Of a DNA stretch of 25,762 nt, positions 9,388-18,226 are shown in pieces. The notes under the pieces are model-generated. The model worked only from the letters and a program-made list of their open reading frames with translations, searched no databases and was not told the DNA's origin. The DNA is taken from positions 1-25,762 of the forward strand of contig VHBF01000001.1 in assembly GCA_016872075.1 (NCBI GenBank). Direction: 5' to 3'. The stretch's first letter is position 1. Each line of letters begins with the position of its first letter. Origin of the DNA: Bacillota bacterium (GTDB lineage Bacteria; Bacillota_I; Bacilli_A; RFN20; CAG-826). The position numbers and the translations under genes were made by a program.

Positions 9388-9475
9388 TTGTGCCTCCTTT
9401 ATTACTATAAATTGGGGCTCAGATTATAATGTTAATTTTGTGTATAGATTCCGTAAATTTAGAATTGATTCATTA

Positions 9476-9490
9476 TGATAAGATAGTGCT
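9476..9490 (+). promoter_or_regulatory. Extended -10 promoter directly upstream of the true cat-like start
   Basis: TG-a-TAAGAT (9476-9484), 6 nt, ATG 9491; no SD. Confidence 0.5.
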
Positions 9491-10124
9491 ATGAAAAAAA
9501 TGGATTGATTTTAATATCTGGCCCCGTTACCGACATTACCTATTTTTTAAAACCTATGAGATGCCCCGATTCAATATGACTTTTCCTTTGGATGTGACCC
9601 AGCTTTATCAAGTGGGTAAAGCCAAAGGTTATCGATTTTACTTTTTGTTGATGCATCAAGTCGTACTTACGCTTAATCAAATCGAAAACTTCCGCTATCG
9701 GATTGAAGATGGCAAAGTCTTTGACCAACCAATTGAATTTGTTTCATTCACTGACTTCATTGAAGCCGAACAATTATTTAAAATGGTTTTTACCAAGGTT
9801 GATGCTGATTATCTCACCTTTGAAAAAACGTCCATCACGACCTCTGCTAAACAAGGGAATCTCTTGATTCAAATGGACAAAGAAATGGTGTTGAACACCA
9901 TCTATATTACGTCGTTTCCTTGGGCAAGATTTACGCAGTTTACGCATGCGACTAAATTAAGTGCTACGGATTCGGTTCCTCGAATTAGCTGGAGTCAATT
10001 TCAAGAAGAAAATGGCAAAAAGATTCTTAACTTCTCCGTAGAAGTTCACCATGGACTTGTCGATGGTTATCACGTTGGATTATTGATTAACCAATTACAA
10101 AAGCGGTTAAACGAATATCGTTAA
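9491..10124 (+). pseudogene. cat: CatA-like (chloramphenicol O-acetyltransferase family) gene with an apparent +1 frameshift in an A7 run after the start codon
   Basis: Catalytic motif VHHGLVDGYH and ITSFPW. The family-typical N-terminus WIDFNIWPRYRHYLFFKTYE lies upstream of ORF-track ATG 9561 in the same frame, but that frame is closed by TGA 9492-9494. ATG 9491 reads MKKMD*; removing one A from 9494-9500 gives MKKWIDFNIW..., 210 aa. Confidence 0.75.
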
Positions 10125-11089
10125 CGACTACCCTTATCGTAAGGAATACCTTCCGCTTTGGGTGCTCGTGATTTTTTACTGGTGAGAATTAACGCCCCTA
10201 AGGTTGCTAAATATGGTAATACCGTAAAGAAATACCCTAAAGATAAACCATCAAAAACAGGGATCAAGGTATATTTAATACTTAAGGCATTCATAAAACC
10301 AAAGAATAAGCTTGCGAATAATATTTTTTCTGGTTTCCATTGCCCAAAAATCATCACAGCGAGGGCTAAGAAACCATAGCCACTTACTTGCCCGGAGAAA
10401 GTCACGGAACTTGAAACCACAAACACCAGTCCCCCGATTCCTGCTAATGCGCCGGAAATCAGCGTCCCTACCCAACGTGTTTGGTAGACATTGATGCCAA
10501 CGGAATCTGCAGCACCAGGATGTTCACCGACTGCTGATAAACGTAAACCAAATCGCGTGCGATAAATGACAAAGATGGCAACCAAGGCAATCACATAACC
10601 GACAAAACTTAAGATATTGATGTCCTGAAATAAAACGTCACCGATAATTGGAATATCGCCAAGAAGCGGTACTTTTTGGATATTAAAGGTTTGATCAAAA
10701 GGAATGTTTTTAACATTGTTAAGGGTTCTAGCAATAAAAATCACCATCGGGGCGGCGAATAAATTAATTGCCGTGCCACCGATGACTTGGTTCGCCTTAA
10801 GGTTTACTGCAGAGAAAGCCAAAAGTGTTGAAAGTAGAGATCCAGTGATAGCAGCAATCAATGCGGCGATTAATAACATGATGCTTGGATCAAAATCAGG
10901 AAAGGTATTTTGCATGAAATTGATAAATAAAACAGAAAAGAAAGAACCAAAGACCATCGTCCCTTCTAATGAGATGTTGACCACCCCACTTTTTTCGGCA
11001 AACATACCCCCTAATGCTGTAATCAACAAAGGTACAGTAAAGAATAAAGTAGAGTTTGCAACAATAATAAATAAATCAGCAAAACTCAT
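10121..11089 (-). CDS. Nucleoside/purine ABC transporter permease (BPD_transp_2; NupQ/RnsD-like)
   Basis: EKSGVVNISLEG, RTRFGLRLSAVGEHPGAADSVGINV, GYGFLALAVMIFGQWKP, PYLAT, PKAEGIPY. Confidence 0.92.
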   Translation of the reverse strand: MSFADLFIIVANSTLFFTVPLLITALGGMFAEKSGVVNISLEGTMVFGSFFSVLFINFMQNTFPDFDPSIMLLIAALIAAITGSLLSTLLAFSAVNLKANQVIGGTAINLFAAPMVIFIARTLNNVKNIPFDQTFNIQKVPLLGDIPIIGDVLFQDINILSFVGYVIALVAIFVIYRTRFGLRLSAVGEHPGAADSVGINVYQTRWVGTLISGALAGIGGLVFVVSSSVTFSGQVSGYGFLALAVMIFGQWKPEKILFASLFFGFMNALSIKYTLIPVFDGLSLGYFFTVLPYLATLGALILTSKKSRAPKAEGIPYDKGSR

Positions 11090-12165
11090 TATTTTTTACC
11101 TCCTCTTTTAAAATATTTTAATAACGTATCTTTCACTAGCATTGCCATCGCCGAGGTATAAATAATCGCTGCAATGATCACATCGATGATTTCCACTTTG
11201 ATGCCCAACGTTTGCATAAAGTAACCACCGCGTTGAATAAAAGAAATAAAGAAAGCGGATAAAACGATTCCAAATGGATGGGATTGTCCGAGTAATGCAA
11301 CTGCAATTCCATCAAAGCCGGCGGTTAGTAATTCATTACCAACAGAGTATTGGTTGCCACTATTAATGGAACCTTTAGCTAAAAAGTATAATGCCCCAGC
11401 AGCCCCTGCTAATGCGCCTGCTATCACCATCGATAGGATTAAACTTTGATCCTCTTTAATGCCGCTATATTTAGCCGCATATCGATTATTACCAACGGTT
11501 TGTAATTCGAAACCAAACCCAGTTTTATAAAGGATGAAATAAATGAGAATTGAAAAACCGATGGCAAGCACGATGCCAAGGTCAATCGCAGATCGGGTAA
11601 ACACTTCTCTTAAAAAAGTAGTAGGGATATAAGCATTCAAATCAATTGCTTTTGTTTTGGAGAAGGCAATGTTAAATAAATTGGCATCGCCTTGAATCCA
11701 CATATTGACTGTATACATGCCTATGTAGTTCAACATAATGGAAGAAATGACTTCATGCACATTAAATTTTGCTTTGAGTAATCCTGGAATCAAACCCCAA
11801 ATACCACCCGCGACCATTGCCGCAATGAAGGCAACAACCCATTGAAGAGGACCCAAGATATCGCCATAAATTCCTATCCAAACCCCAGCAAACATGCCCA
11901 TGGTGTATTGACCGGTTGCCCCAATATTAAATAAACCAGTTTTGAAAGCAAAACCGACAGATAAACCTGTGAGGATTAAAGGTCCAGTTAAAAAGATTAA
12001 GTCACCAAATCGTCTGAGGAATTCAGGATTCATTAACCAACCACCAATCATCGTAAAAAAACCAGGAATGGCTGTGAATGGATTGGCAATGATCATGATT
12101 AAAAGGCCAAAAAGTAAACCAAGGATGATGGCAACAACGGAAGATAAGAACGCTTGGTTTTTCAA
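11089..12165 (-). CDS. Nucleoside/purine ABC transporter permease (BPD_transp_2; NupP/RnsC-like)
   Basis: GLFNIGATGQ, NVHEVISSIMLNY, GFELQTVGNNRYAAKYSGI, GFDGIAVALLG; TTG start with GGAGG upstream. Confidence 0.92.
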   Translation of the reverse strand: MKNQAFLSSVVAIILGLLFGLLIMIIANPFTAIPGFFTMIGGWLMNPEFLRRFGDLIFLTGPLILTGLSVGFAFKTGLFNIGATGQYTMGMFAGVWIGIYGDILGPLQWVVAFIAAMVAGGIWGLIPGLLKAKFNVHEVISSIMLNYIGMYTVNMWIQGDANLFNIAFSKTKAIDLNAYIPTTFLREVFTRSAIDLGIVLAIGFSILIYFILYKTGFGFELQTVGNNRYAAKYSGIKEDQSLILSMVIAGALAGAAGALYFLAKGSINSGNQYSVGNELLTAGFDGIAVALLGQSHPFGIVLSAFFISFIQRGGYFMQTLGIKVEIIDVIIAAIIYTSAMAMLVKDTLLKYFKRGGKK

Positions 12166-13694
12166 GAGGGTTTTCCTCCCGCCATATATAGACCGATCAT
12201 TTCTTTGTTTGTTTGCTTAGGATTTAATTCTGCCACAATCTGGCCTTCATACATCACGAGAATACGATCAGAAAGCTTCATAATTTCTTCAAGTTCTAAA
12301 GAGATCATGAGTATGGCTTTGCCTTCATTTCGTTGCGCTAAGATTTGTGAATGAATGTATTCGATGGCCCCCACATCTAAACCTCTGGTTAATTGGACAG
12401 CAAGCATCACATCTGCATTACTATCAATTTCTCTCGCGATAATTGATTTTTGTTGATTGCCACCACTTAGACTTCTCGTCAAGGATTGGGTGCCCTTTCC
12501 GGATCGCACATCAAATCGATTGATTAAATGTGAAGAAAGCTCTAACCATTTTTTCTTTTGAATGATACCCCGTTTTTGAAAAGGATTAAGATGATATTTT
12601 TTTAAGGTTAAATTTTGATAGAGCGGTGCATCTAAAATCAAACCATATTTATGACGATCTTCTGGAATATGAGCAAGACCTAAATCGTTACGTTTTCTCA
12701 CAGAAAGATGCGTCACATCTTGGTTTTTGATGAGGATTTGACCCTGAGATGGTTTCAGTAAGCCGGCAATTAAATAGGCAAGTTCGGATTGACCGTTGCC
12801 TTCGATGCCAGCCAAACCAACGATTTCACCGCGATTGACATCAAAAGAAACTTGATTGACGATTGATTTTTTAGTCCTTGGAGAGACATACGTCAGTTGA
12901 CGAACCGATAATCCAATACCTTGTGACTTGATTTCAGGTTTATCAACCTCAAAACTAATCTCTCTTCCTACCATCAAATTCGATAGTACTCTTGGATTGG
13001 TTTCATTGGTATTTAATGTGCCAACGGATTTACCTTTTCTAAGTACGGTCACACGATCAGAAACGGCCATAATTTCATTTAATTTGTGAGAAATAAATAA
13101 AATAGATTTACCTTCCGCTTTTAAATTTTTGAGGATTTTCATTAACTCTTCAATTTCTTGAGGGGTTAAAACTGCGGTGGGTTCATCAAATATGAGAATG
13201 TCATTTTTGCGATATAACATCTTTAAGATTTCGACACGTTGTTGCATCCCCACGGAAATATCTTCAATCTTTGCATCAATATCAATCGCTAATTTATATT
13301 GATTGGAAAGAGCTAAAATTTCTTTTCTTGCTCTTTGCCTATCAATCACAACACCTTTCATCGGCTCTGCACCGAGTAAGATGTTGTCGAGGACAGAAAA
13401 CACACCCACTAATTTAAAATGTTGGTGCACCATGCCAATCCCATAATGATTGGCATCATTGGGATTTTTAATTTGAATCACTTGCCCGTTCTTTTTGATT
13501 TGGCCACTTTCAGGAATGTACAAACCAAAGAGAACGCTCATGAGGGTTGATTTACCAGCACCATTTTCACCTAGTAAAGCGTGGATTTCGCCACGGTTCA
13601 ATGAAAGGTTGATTTGATCATTGGCAATGACGCCAGGAAAAATCTTGGTAATATCAAGCATTTGAATGATGGGGGTGTGCAACTTTTGATTCAT
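12162..13694 (-). CDS. Nucleoside/purine ABC transporter ATP-binding protein (double ABC domain; NupO/RnsA-like)
   Basis: GENGAGKST, SVGMQQRVEI, IFDEPT, FISHKL, IPEDR, LSGGNQQK, RGLDVGA; 510 aa. Confidence 0.95.
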   Translation of the reverse strand: MNQKLHTPIIQMLDITKIFPGVIANDQINLSLNRGEIHALLGENGAGKSTLMSVLFGLYIPESGQIKKNGQVIQIKNPNDANHYGIGMVHQHFKLVGVFSVLDNILLGAEPMKGVVIDRQRARKEILALSNQYKLAIDIDAKIEDISVGMQQRVEILKMLYRKNDILIFDEPTAVLTPQEIEELMKILKNLKAEGKSILFISHKLNEIMAVSDRVTVLRKGKSVGTLNTNETNPRVLSNLMVGREISFEVDKPEIKSQGIGLSVRQLTYVSPRTKKSIVNQVSFDVNRGEIVGLAGIEGNGQSELAYLIAGLLKPSQGQILIKNQDVTHLSVRKRNDLGLAHIPEDRHKYGLILDAPLYQNLTLKKYHLNPFQKRGIIQKKKWLELSSHLINRFDVRSGKGTQSLTRSLSGGNQQKSIIAREIDSNADVMLAVQLTRGLDVGAIEYIHSQILAQRNEGKAILMISLELEEIMKLSDRILVMYEGQIVAELNPKQTNKEMIGLYMAGGKPS

Positions 13695-13710
13695 ATTTTC
13701 ATTTTACAGA

Positions 13711-13739
13711 AAACACAGGGTGCAATACACCCTGTGTTT
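13711..13739 (-). terminator. 12-bp perfect hairpin after the BMP gene (partial terminator or mRNA-stabilising stem)
   Basis: AAACACAGGGTG-caata-CACCCTGTGTTT with a short U tract on the minus strand, followed by TAAAAT (13706-13701), 6 nt, ATG 13694. Confidence 0.7.
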
Positions 13740-13758
13740 CTTAATTTAGAAATAATAA

Positions 13759-14874
13759 TTAAGCAACGAAAGTGACAGCGACTTTATTCATCACTGTGTC
13801 ATAAGCTTCAATTTCAGCTTCGGTTGCACCAGTAACGGTTGAACCATTAAGAATTAAAAGCACAAATCTTTCGCCTTCTGCTAATTCATCATAGATGACT
13901 TCATATTCAGCAACGGTAAAGGTTTCAAAACCCCATGAGGCTTCATCGGTTGGTAAACCAACGCCATCATTGGAAGCGTCTAAGACCCAAACTTCACCAC
14001 CCGGGAATTCGTTTGCATAAAATGCTTCTAAGGCTTGAACAACGGAGGTTCCTAATCCCTTCATTGCGGAAGTGATCACGGTATCAGATAGGTCTGCACC
14101 ACCTGGACCTTGGTTGACGTCAACACCGATAACTTTCTTACCAGCTTTTTCAGCTTCTGACATTACTGATAAACCAACTGCACCACCGGCAGCGAATATA
14201 ACTTCAACACCAGCATTGAACATCGTTTCTGCGGTTGCAGCATTGTCTGGGGTGTCCGCAAAGTCACCAGTATAGTGATATTGAATCGTTACTTCAGCAT
14301 TTTCATCGGTCGCAGCAGCTTGGGCACCAAGCATGAAACCAACACCAAACTTAACAACAGCAGGAACTGCCATACCACCCATAAAGCCTAAAGAACGGAA
14401 GCCATCCGCTACTGCAGCATAACCCGCTAAGTAACCGGCTTGTTGTTCGGCATAAAGGATTGAGAGAACGTTACGGCCTTGACGGAATACTGAATAGTCT
14501 GCGCTGTGTGGAACACCATCCAAAAGAATAAAACTTACTTCTGGATTTTCATCCATCGCTAAGAATATCGGCGTTTCGAATAAGAAACCTGGAGTTACGA
14601 TAATATTAGCTCCACCTTCGATGGCTAAATCGATAGTGTTGACATATTCAGTGTTATCAACTGCGGTTGGTTTGTAATATTGATATGTTCTATCATTTTC
14701 TTCGGCAAATTCCACAACACCTTCCCAAGCACCTTGGTTAAAAGATTTGTCATCGATGTCACCAACGTCAGTGATAAGAGCAATTTCGTATTCATTAACC
14801 GATGCTCCACAAGAAGATAGCAACATTGAGAAACCAGCGACTGCAATAATTGCGACTGTGGTAAATTTTTTCAT
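13759..14874 (-). CDS. BMP/PnrA-family nucleoside-binding lipoprotein
   Basis: Lipobox LSSC, DVGDIDDKSFNQGAWEG, GFLF, EQQAGYLAG, GFMGG, IFAAGG, VIGVDVNQ, ITSAMK; SD AGGAGG. Confidence 0.93.
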   Translation of the reverse strand: MKKFTTVAIIAVAGFSMLLSSCGASVNEYEIALITDVGDIDDKSFNQGAWEGVVEFAEENDRTYQYYKPTAVDNTEYVNTIDLAIEGGANIIVTPGFLFETPIFLAMDENPEVSFILLDGVPHSADYSVFRQGRNVLSILYAEQQAGYLAGYAAVADGFRSLGFMGGMAVPAVVKFGVGFMLGAQAAATDENAEVTIQYHYTGDFADTPDNAATAETMFNAGVEVIFAAGGAVGLSVMSEAEKAGKKVIGVDVNQGPGGADLSDTVITSAMKGLGTSVVQALEAFYANEFPGGEVWVLDASNDGVGLPTDEASWGFETFTVAEYEVIYDELAEGERFVLLILNGSTVTGATEAEIEAYDTVMNKVAVTFVA

Positions 14875-14979
14875 TTTTTTCCTCCTTTAAATGAAATTAC
14901 CTTGGCAACAGAGGTGGTTTTCCATGAATTTAGCCGCATTCAAGAAAATAAATCTCGTTGACCAATATTTAATAATTTC

Positions 14980-15010
14980 ATTATAACCAAGAGAGATAAA
15001 ATTTTAGCAA
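14980..15010 (-). promoter_or_regulatory. Probable sigma-A promoter of the nucleoside ABC operon
   Basis: Minus strand TTGCTA (15010-15005), 19 nt, TATAAT (14985-14980); about 100 nt 5' UTR. Confidence 0.45.
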
Positions 15011-15040
15011 AGTTGAATTGTAAATTTTTTTCACTGAGTC

Positions 15041-15072
15041 TTTACATTTCTTTAACTTAAGTTTGGTAAAAT
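15041..15072 (+). promoter_or_regulatory. Pho-box-like direct repeat and -10 upstream of phoP
   Basis: TTTACA (15041-15046) and TTAACT (15052-15057), 11 bp apart, then TAAAAT at 15067-15072; resembles Bacillus PhoP TT(A/T/C)ACA repeats. Confidence 0.5.
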
Positions 15073-15129
15073 GTTTTTAATATATTGAGGATAGTTTGCT
15101 CTGCAAATGAAAAGCAAAGGAGATCCTTC

Positions 15130-15810
15130 ATGGCAAAAAAGATTTTAGTGGTTGAAGATGAAGCATCTTTAGCTAAAATATTAAAATTTGACCTTGAAAC
15201 TGCTGGATTCTTAGTAAAAACAGCTCTAAATGGGACAGAAGCTTATCGTTTAGTTCAAAAAGAGTCTTTTGATTGTTTAGTCATCGATTGGATGCTTCCT
15301 TCCATGAATGGGATTGAATTGATTAAAAAGTTGAGAGCAGAAAAGAATCGAGCTCTTTTTGTGATGCTAACAGCAAAAACTTCAGAATTTGATGCAATCG
15401 AAGGCCTGGGTTCAGGAGCAGATCTGTTCCTTAAAAAACCAATTTCCAATCGAGAATTAATCGCCCAAATCAAAGCATTATTGGGTCACTTTAAAGAAGA
15501 AAAATCAAATGACGATGATTTGTTAACTTTTGGCGACATTTCCCTTGATTTAAAGCAATATAAAGCCACGATCAAAGGCAATGTCATTGAATTAACCAAA
15601 ATGGAATTTGATTTACTCAAATTCTTCATTATTAACAAAGAACATGCCCTTTCAAGAGATGCGATTTTAAATTCGATTTGGGGTTTTAATTATGATGGAA
15701 CAACTCGAATCGTGGATGTTCACGTTTACAATTTAAAGAAAAAACTTGAGAATTCTGCTTGCTTCTTCAAACCAGTTCGTGGCGTAGGATATTCCTTACT
15801 TTTAAAGTAA
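15130..15810 (+). CDS. phoP: OmpR/PhoP-family response regulator
   Basis: ILVVEDE, VIDWMLP (phospho-acceptor Asp), MLTAK, GADLFLKKP, LTKMEFDLL, IWG, RIVDVHV, VRGVGY. Start at ATG 15130 with SD AAGGAG. Symbol assigned from the adjacent pst/phoU genes. Confidence 0.88.
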   Translation: MAKKILVVEDEASLAKILKFDLETAGFLVKTALNGTEAYRLVQKESFDCLVIDWMLPSMNGIELIKKLRAEKNRALFVMLTAKTSEFDAIEGLGSGADLFLKKPISNRELIAQIKALLGHFKEEKSNDDDLLTFGDISLDLKQYKATIKGNVIELTKMEFDLLKFFIINKEHALSRDAILNSIWGFNYDGTTRIVDVHVYNLKKKLENSACFFKPVRGVGYSLLLK

Positions 15811-15817
15811 AATAAGG

Positions 15818-17047
15818 ATGATGAAAAGCCCGCGACGTTTTTACCTGATTTATTTAATATTTGTCTTGTGCGTTTTGATTGGCATGGTTTGGTTTTTTTC
15901 CACCAACCCGTGGATTAGTACGATTTGGATTCTGTTGAATTTATTCTTATTAATCTATTTATTTCCCAAAATTTTAAAATTACCTAAAATCACAATAGAA
16001 GCCAACTCACTCATTGCCCCTAACAAATCAGACAAAATCAATTTATTAAGTAAAATCTTTCAACAACTCGATCAATATATTCTCATCATCCAAAGTGATG
16101 GCGTGATTTCTGAATTTACCCAACCCTGGATGGAGTTATTTTCGATTGAGGAAAACGCTTCGATTACAATGAAAGCATTAAGATTAGCACCTAAACTATG
16201 GTCCACGATTAACCAAGGATTGGCCACAGAAAAAGGCGCTCAATTTCAATGGGAACTATCCAACCAAACTTTTCAATCATCTTTAACCCCACTCTTCTTA
16301 GATCAAACATTTTATGGTGTGATGGTGACGGCAATTGATATCACAAAGATTAGTCAACTTGAACAAATTCAAAGTGATTTTTTAGCAGACATATCGCATG
16401 AAATTAAAACGCCTCTCGCGGCCATTTTAGGCGCTTCAGAAATTCTTAATCAATCGACGAGAAAATTAACCACTGAAGAAACTAAAGAATTTCAAACGAT
16501 GATTGCCAGTGAATCGTCTCGATTACAACGTTTGATTCATGAACTAACCGACTTATCTAAAATTGGCACTCATGGTTTTCAAACCCTAATTAAAACTAAG
16601 TTTTCGATTCTTGATTTGTTAACAGAAGTTAAACAAGTCTATCAGTTAGAGTTGGATAAAAAGGCACTTCAATTTAAGATAAAGATACCTAAAGAATTAA
16701 ACATTTTTGTTGATCGCGACAAGTTTTTTCTTATTTTTTCCAATTTACTTTCTAATGCAATTCGCTATACGGATAAGGGGGCGATTCAAGTATCAAGTGA
16801 AATTAAGAATCAAACTTTGATTCTTTATTTTGCTGATACTGGCAGAGGCATTGAACCTAAAAATCTAGCAAGAATTTTTGATCGTTTTTATCGTACAGAT
16901 GCTGCAAGAACGCGTGTCAGTGGTGGCAGTGGTCTGGGTCTAGCGATCACGAGGGGCATTGTTCAAGCCCATCAAGGCACCATCGAAGTTTCAAGTCAGT
17001 TAGGTAAGGGGACCACATTTACTTTAACAATCCCCCACTTAACCTAA
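15818..17047 (+). CDS. phoR: Sensor histidine kinase PhoR-like (2 TM with a very short loop, PAS-like, HisKA, HATPase)
   Basis: FLADISHEIKTPL, NLLSNAIRY, DTGRGI, IFDRFYR, GGSGLGLAI, GKGTTF. Confidence 0.88.
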   Translation: MMKSPRRFYLIYLIFVLCVLIGMVWFFSTNPWISTIWILLNLFLLIYLFPKILKLPKITIEANSLIAPNKSDKINLLSKIFQQLDQYILIIQSDGVISEFTQPWMELFSIEENASITMKALRLAPKLWSTINQGLATEKGAQFQWELSNQTFQSSLTPLFLDQTFYGVMVTAIDITKISQLEQIQSDFLADISHEIKTPLAAILGASEILNQSTRKLTTEETKEFQTMIASESSRLQRLIHELTDLSKIGTHGFQTLIKTKFSILDLLTEVKQVYQLELDKKALQFKIKIPKELNIFVDRDKFFLIFSNLLSNAIRYTDKGAIQVSSEIKNQTLILYFADTGRGIEPKNLARIFDRFYRTDAARTRVSGGSGLGLAITRGIVQAHQGTIEVSSQLGKGTTFTLTIPHLT

Positions 17048-17053
17048 CCCTGA

Positions 17054-17103
17054 TTAATTCTTTACGGTAACTTTATCTACTTAACAAATCCCTCCTTTAT
17101 ATT
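17054..17103 (+). promoter_or_regulatory. Pho-box-like repeats and -10 upstream of pstS
   Basis: TTTACG (17061), TTTATC (17072, 11-bp period) and TTAACA (17081), then TATATT (17098-17103); no consensus -35. Confidence 0.45.
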
Positions 17104-17134
17104 GAGAGCGTATGAATTCATAAGGAGGATATCT

Positions 17135-18163
17135 ATGAACATGCAATTAAAGAAAGGAACTTTGTTTGCCTCACTTGCAGTGATCTTAGCTGCGTGCGGT
17201 ACCACGGTTTCATCGTCTAGTGACAATTCTGTTGCTTCATCCGCCACATCTGTTGCGCCAGAGTTTACGACATCGAACAATATTGTTCTTTACACACGTG
17301 ATACAACTTCAGGAACCCGTGATGGTTTTATGGGTGGTATCGGATTTAGCACGGCTGCAAAAAATGATAGTTTATTAACGGATGGATTTGTTATCGCTGA
17401 TAACACAGCGATCTTAACTGCGATGAGCGGTTCCGATAAGTATGGTATTGGTTATGTCTCCTTATCTTCAGTTAACAACAACGTCAAAGCTTTGGATTTC
17501 AATAATGTTGAAGCAAGCGAAGACACAGTTTTAGATAACAGCTATGGATTGAAGAGACCATTCAACTGGATGTTAAGAGCAGACAACGATTTCCCTTCTG
17601 CTACCGTTGAAAACATTTCCAAAGCTTTCGTTGCCTTCATGGGAACGATTGAAGGTGGAGACACCATTGCTGGGGCAGGTGCAGTTGCTTTAAATGCCAC
17701 TCAACGTTGGGATGACATCAAAGCTAGTTATCCAGTTTGTAATCAAGATAATAGTGCTGTGACCGTTCGCTTTGGTGGTTCTGACTCGATTGAAAAAGTT
17801 GCGAAGGCCATCACTGCTTCTTTTAAACCTCGTTGTGGGAACTTTGTTGCCGAACACGAACACACAGGTTCTGGAGATGCGTATAAGAGAACGAACGATC
17901 CTGCAATCAAAGATACCGCGGTCGGTAAGGATGTTGGTTTTGCCTCAAGAAACTTCGCTGATGCTGAAAAGAAAGTTGGCGATGTTGCCTTACCATCAGC
18001 TCAATATGGTCAATTAGCTTGGGATGCCATCGTTGCCATTGTTCACAAAGACAACCCATTACTCAATGTCAATGGTGATATTTTAAAGAGAATGTATGAA
18101 AAAGCATCCGCCAATCCAATCCGTACTTGGGCAGAAGCTTTAGCAGCAGAAGCCGCGCTTTAA
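17135..18163 (+). CDS. pstS: Phosphate-binding lipoprotein PstS, circularly permuted
   Basis: SD AGGAGG before ATG 17135; lipobox LAAC; Ser-rich tether; motifs TRDTTSGTR, GIGYVSL, KRPF, GGSDS, TGSG, GFASR, AWDAIVAIVHKDNP. Confidence 0.9.
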   Translation: MNMQLKKGTLFASLAVILAACGTTVSSSSDNSVASSATSVAPEFTTSNNIVLYTRDTTSGTRDGFMGGIGFSTAAKNDSLLTDGFVIADNTAILTAMSGSDKYGIGYVSLSSVNNNVKALDFNNVEASEDTVLDNSYGLKRPFNWMLRADNDFPSATVENISKAFVAFMGTIEGGDTIAGAGAVALNATQRWDDIKASYPVCNQDNSAVTVRFGGSDSIEKVAKAITASFKPRCGNFVAEHEHTGSGDAYKRTNDPAIKDTAVGKDVGFASRNFADAEKKVGDVALPSAQYGQLAWDAIVAIVHKDNPLLNVNGDILKRMYEKASANPIRTWAEALAAEAAL

Positions 18164-18191
18164 TTCTAACCAAATCATAACAAATAAGACC

Positions 18192-18219
18192 TTATACCGA
18201 GGGAGACCCCTCGGTATAA
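18192..18219 (+). terminator. 12-bp perfect hairpin between pstS and pstC
   Basis: TTATACCGAGGG-agac-CCCTCGGTATAA. The 3' arm overlaps TATAAT (18215-18220), which lies 6 nt before the pstC ATG. Confidence 0.7.
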
Positions 18220-18226
18220 TTTATTT

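Noticed and set aside
8950-10124. Resistance island or mobile element around arsC and the cat-like gene
   Set aside because: No transposase, integrase, terminal repeats or obvious compositional shift; arsC lacks arsR/acr3, and CatA-like homologues are often not true resistance enzymes.
13810-13845. VTGAT near the BMP C-terminus as an ApbE flavinylation site
   Set aside because: A four-residue match without the usual upstream Asp or FMN-bind domain context; probably chance.
14875-14980. Purine or other riboswitch in the ~100-nt leader of the nucleoside ABC operon
   Set aside because: No purine-riboswitch core or PyrR-binding loop was visible; an Infernal/Rfam scan would be decisive.
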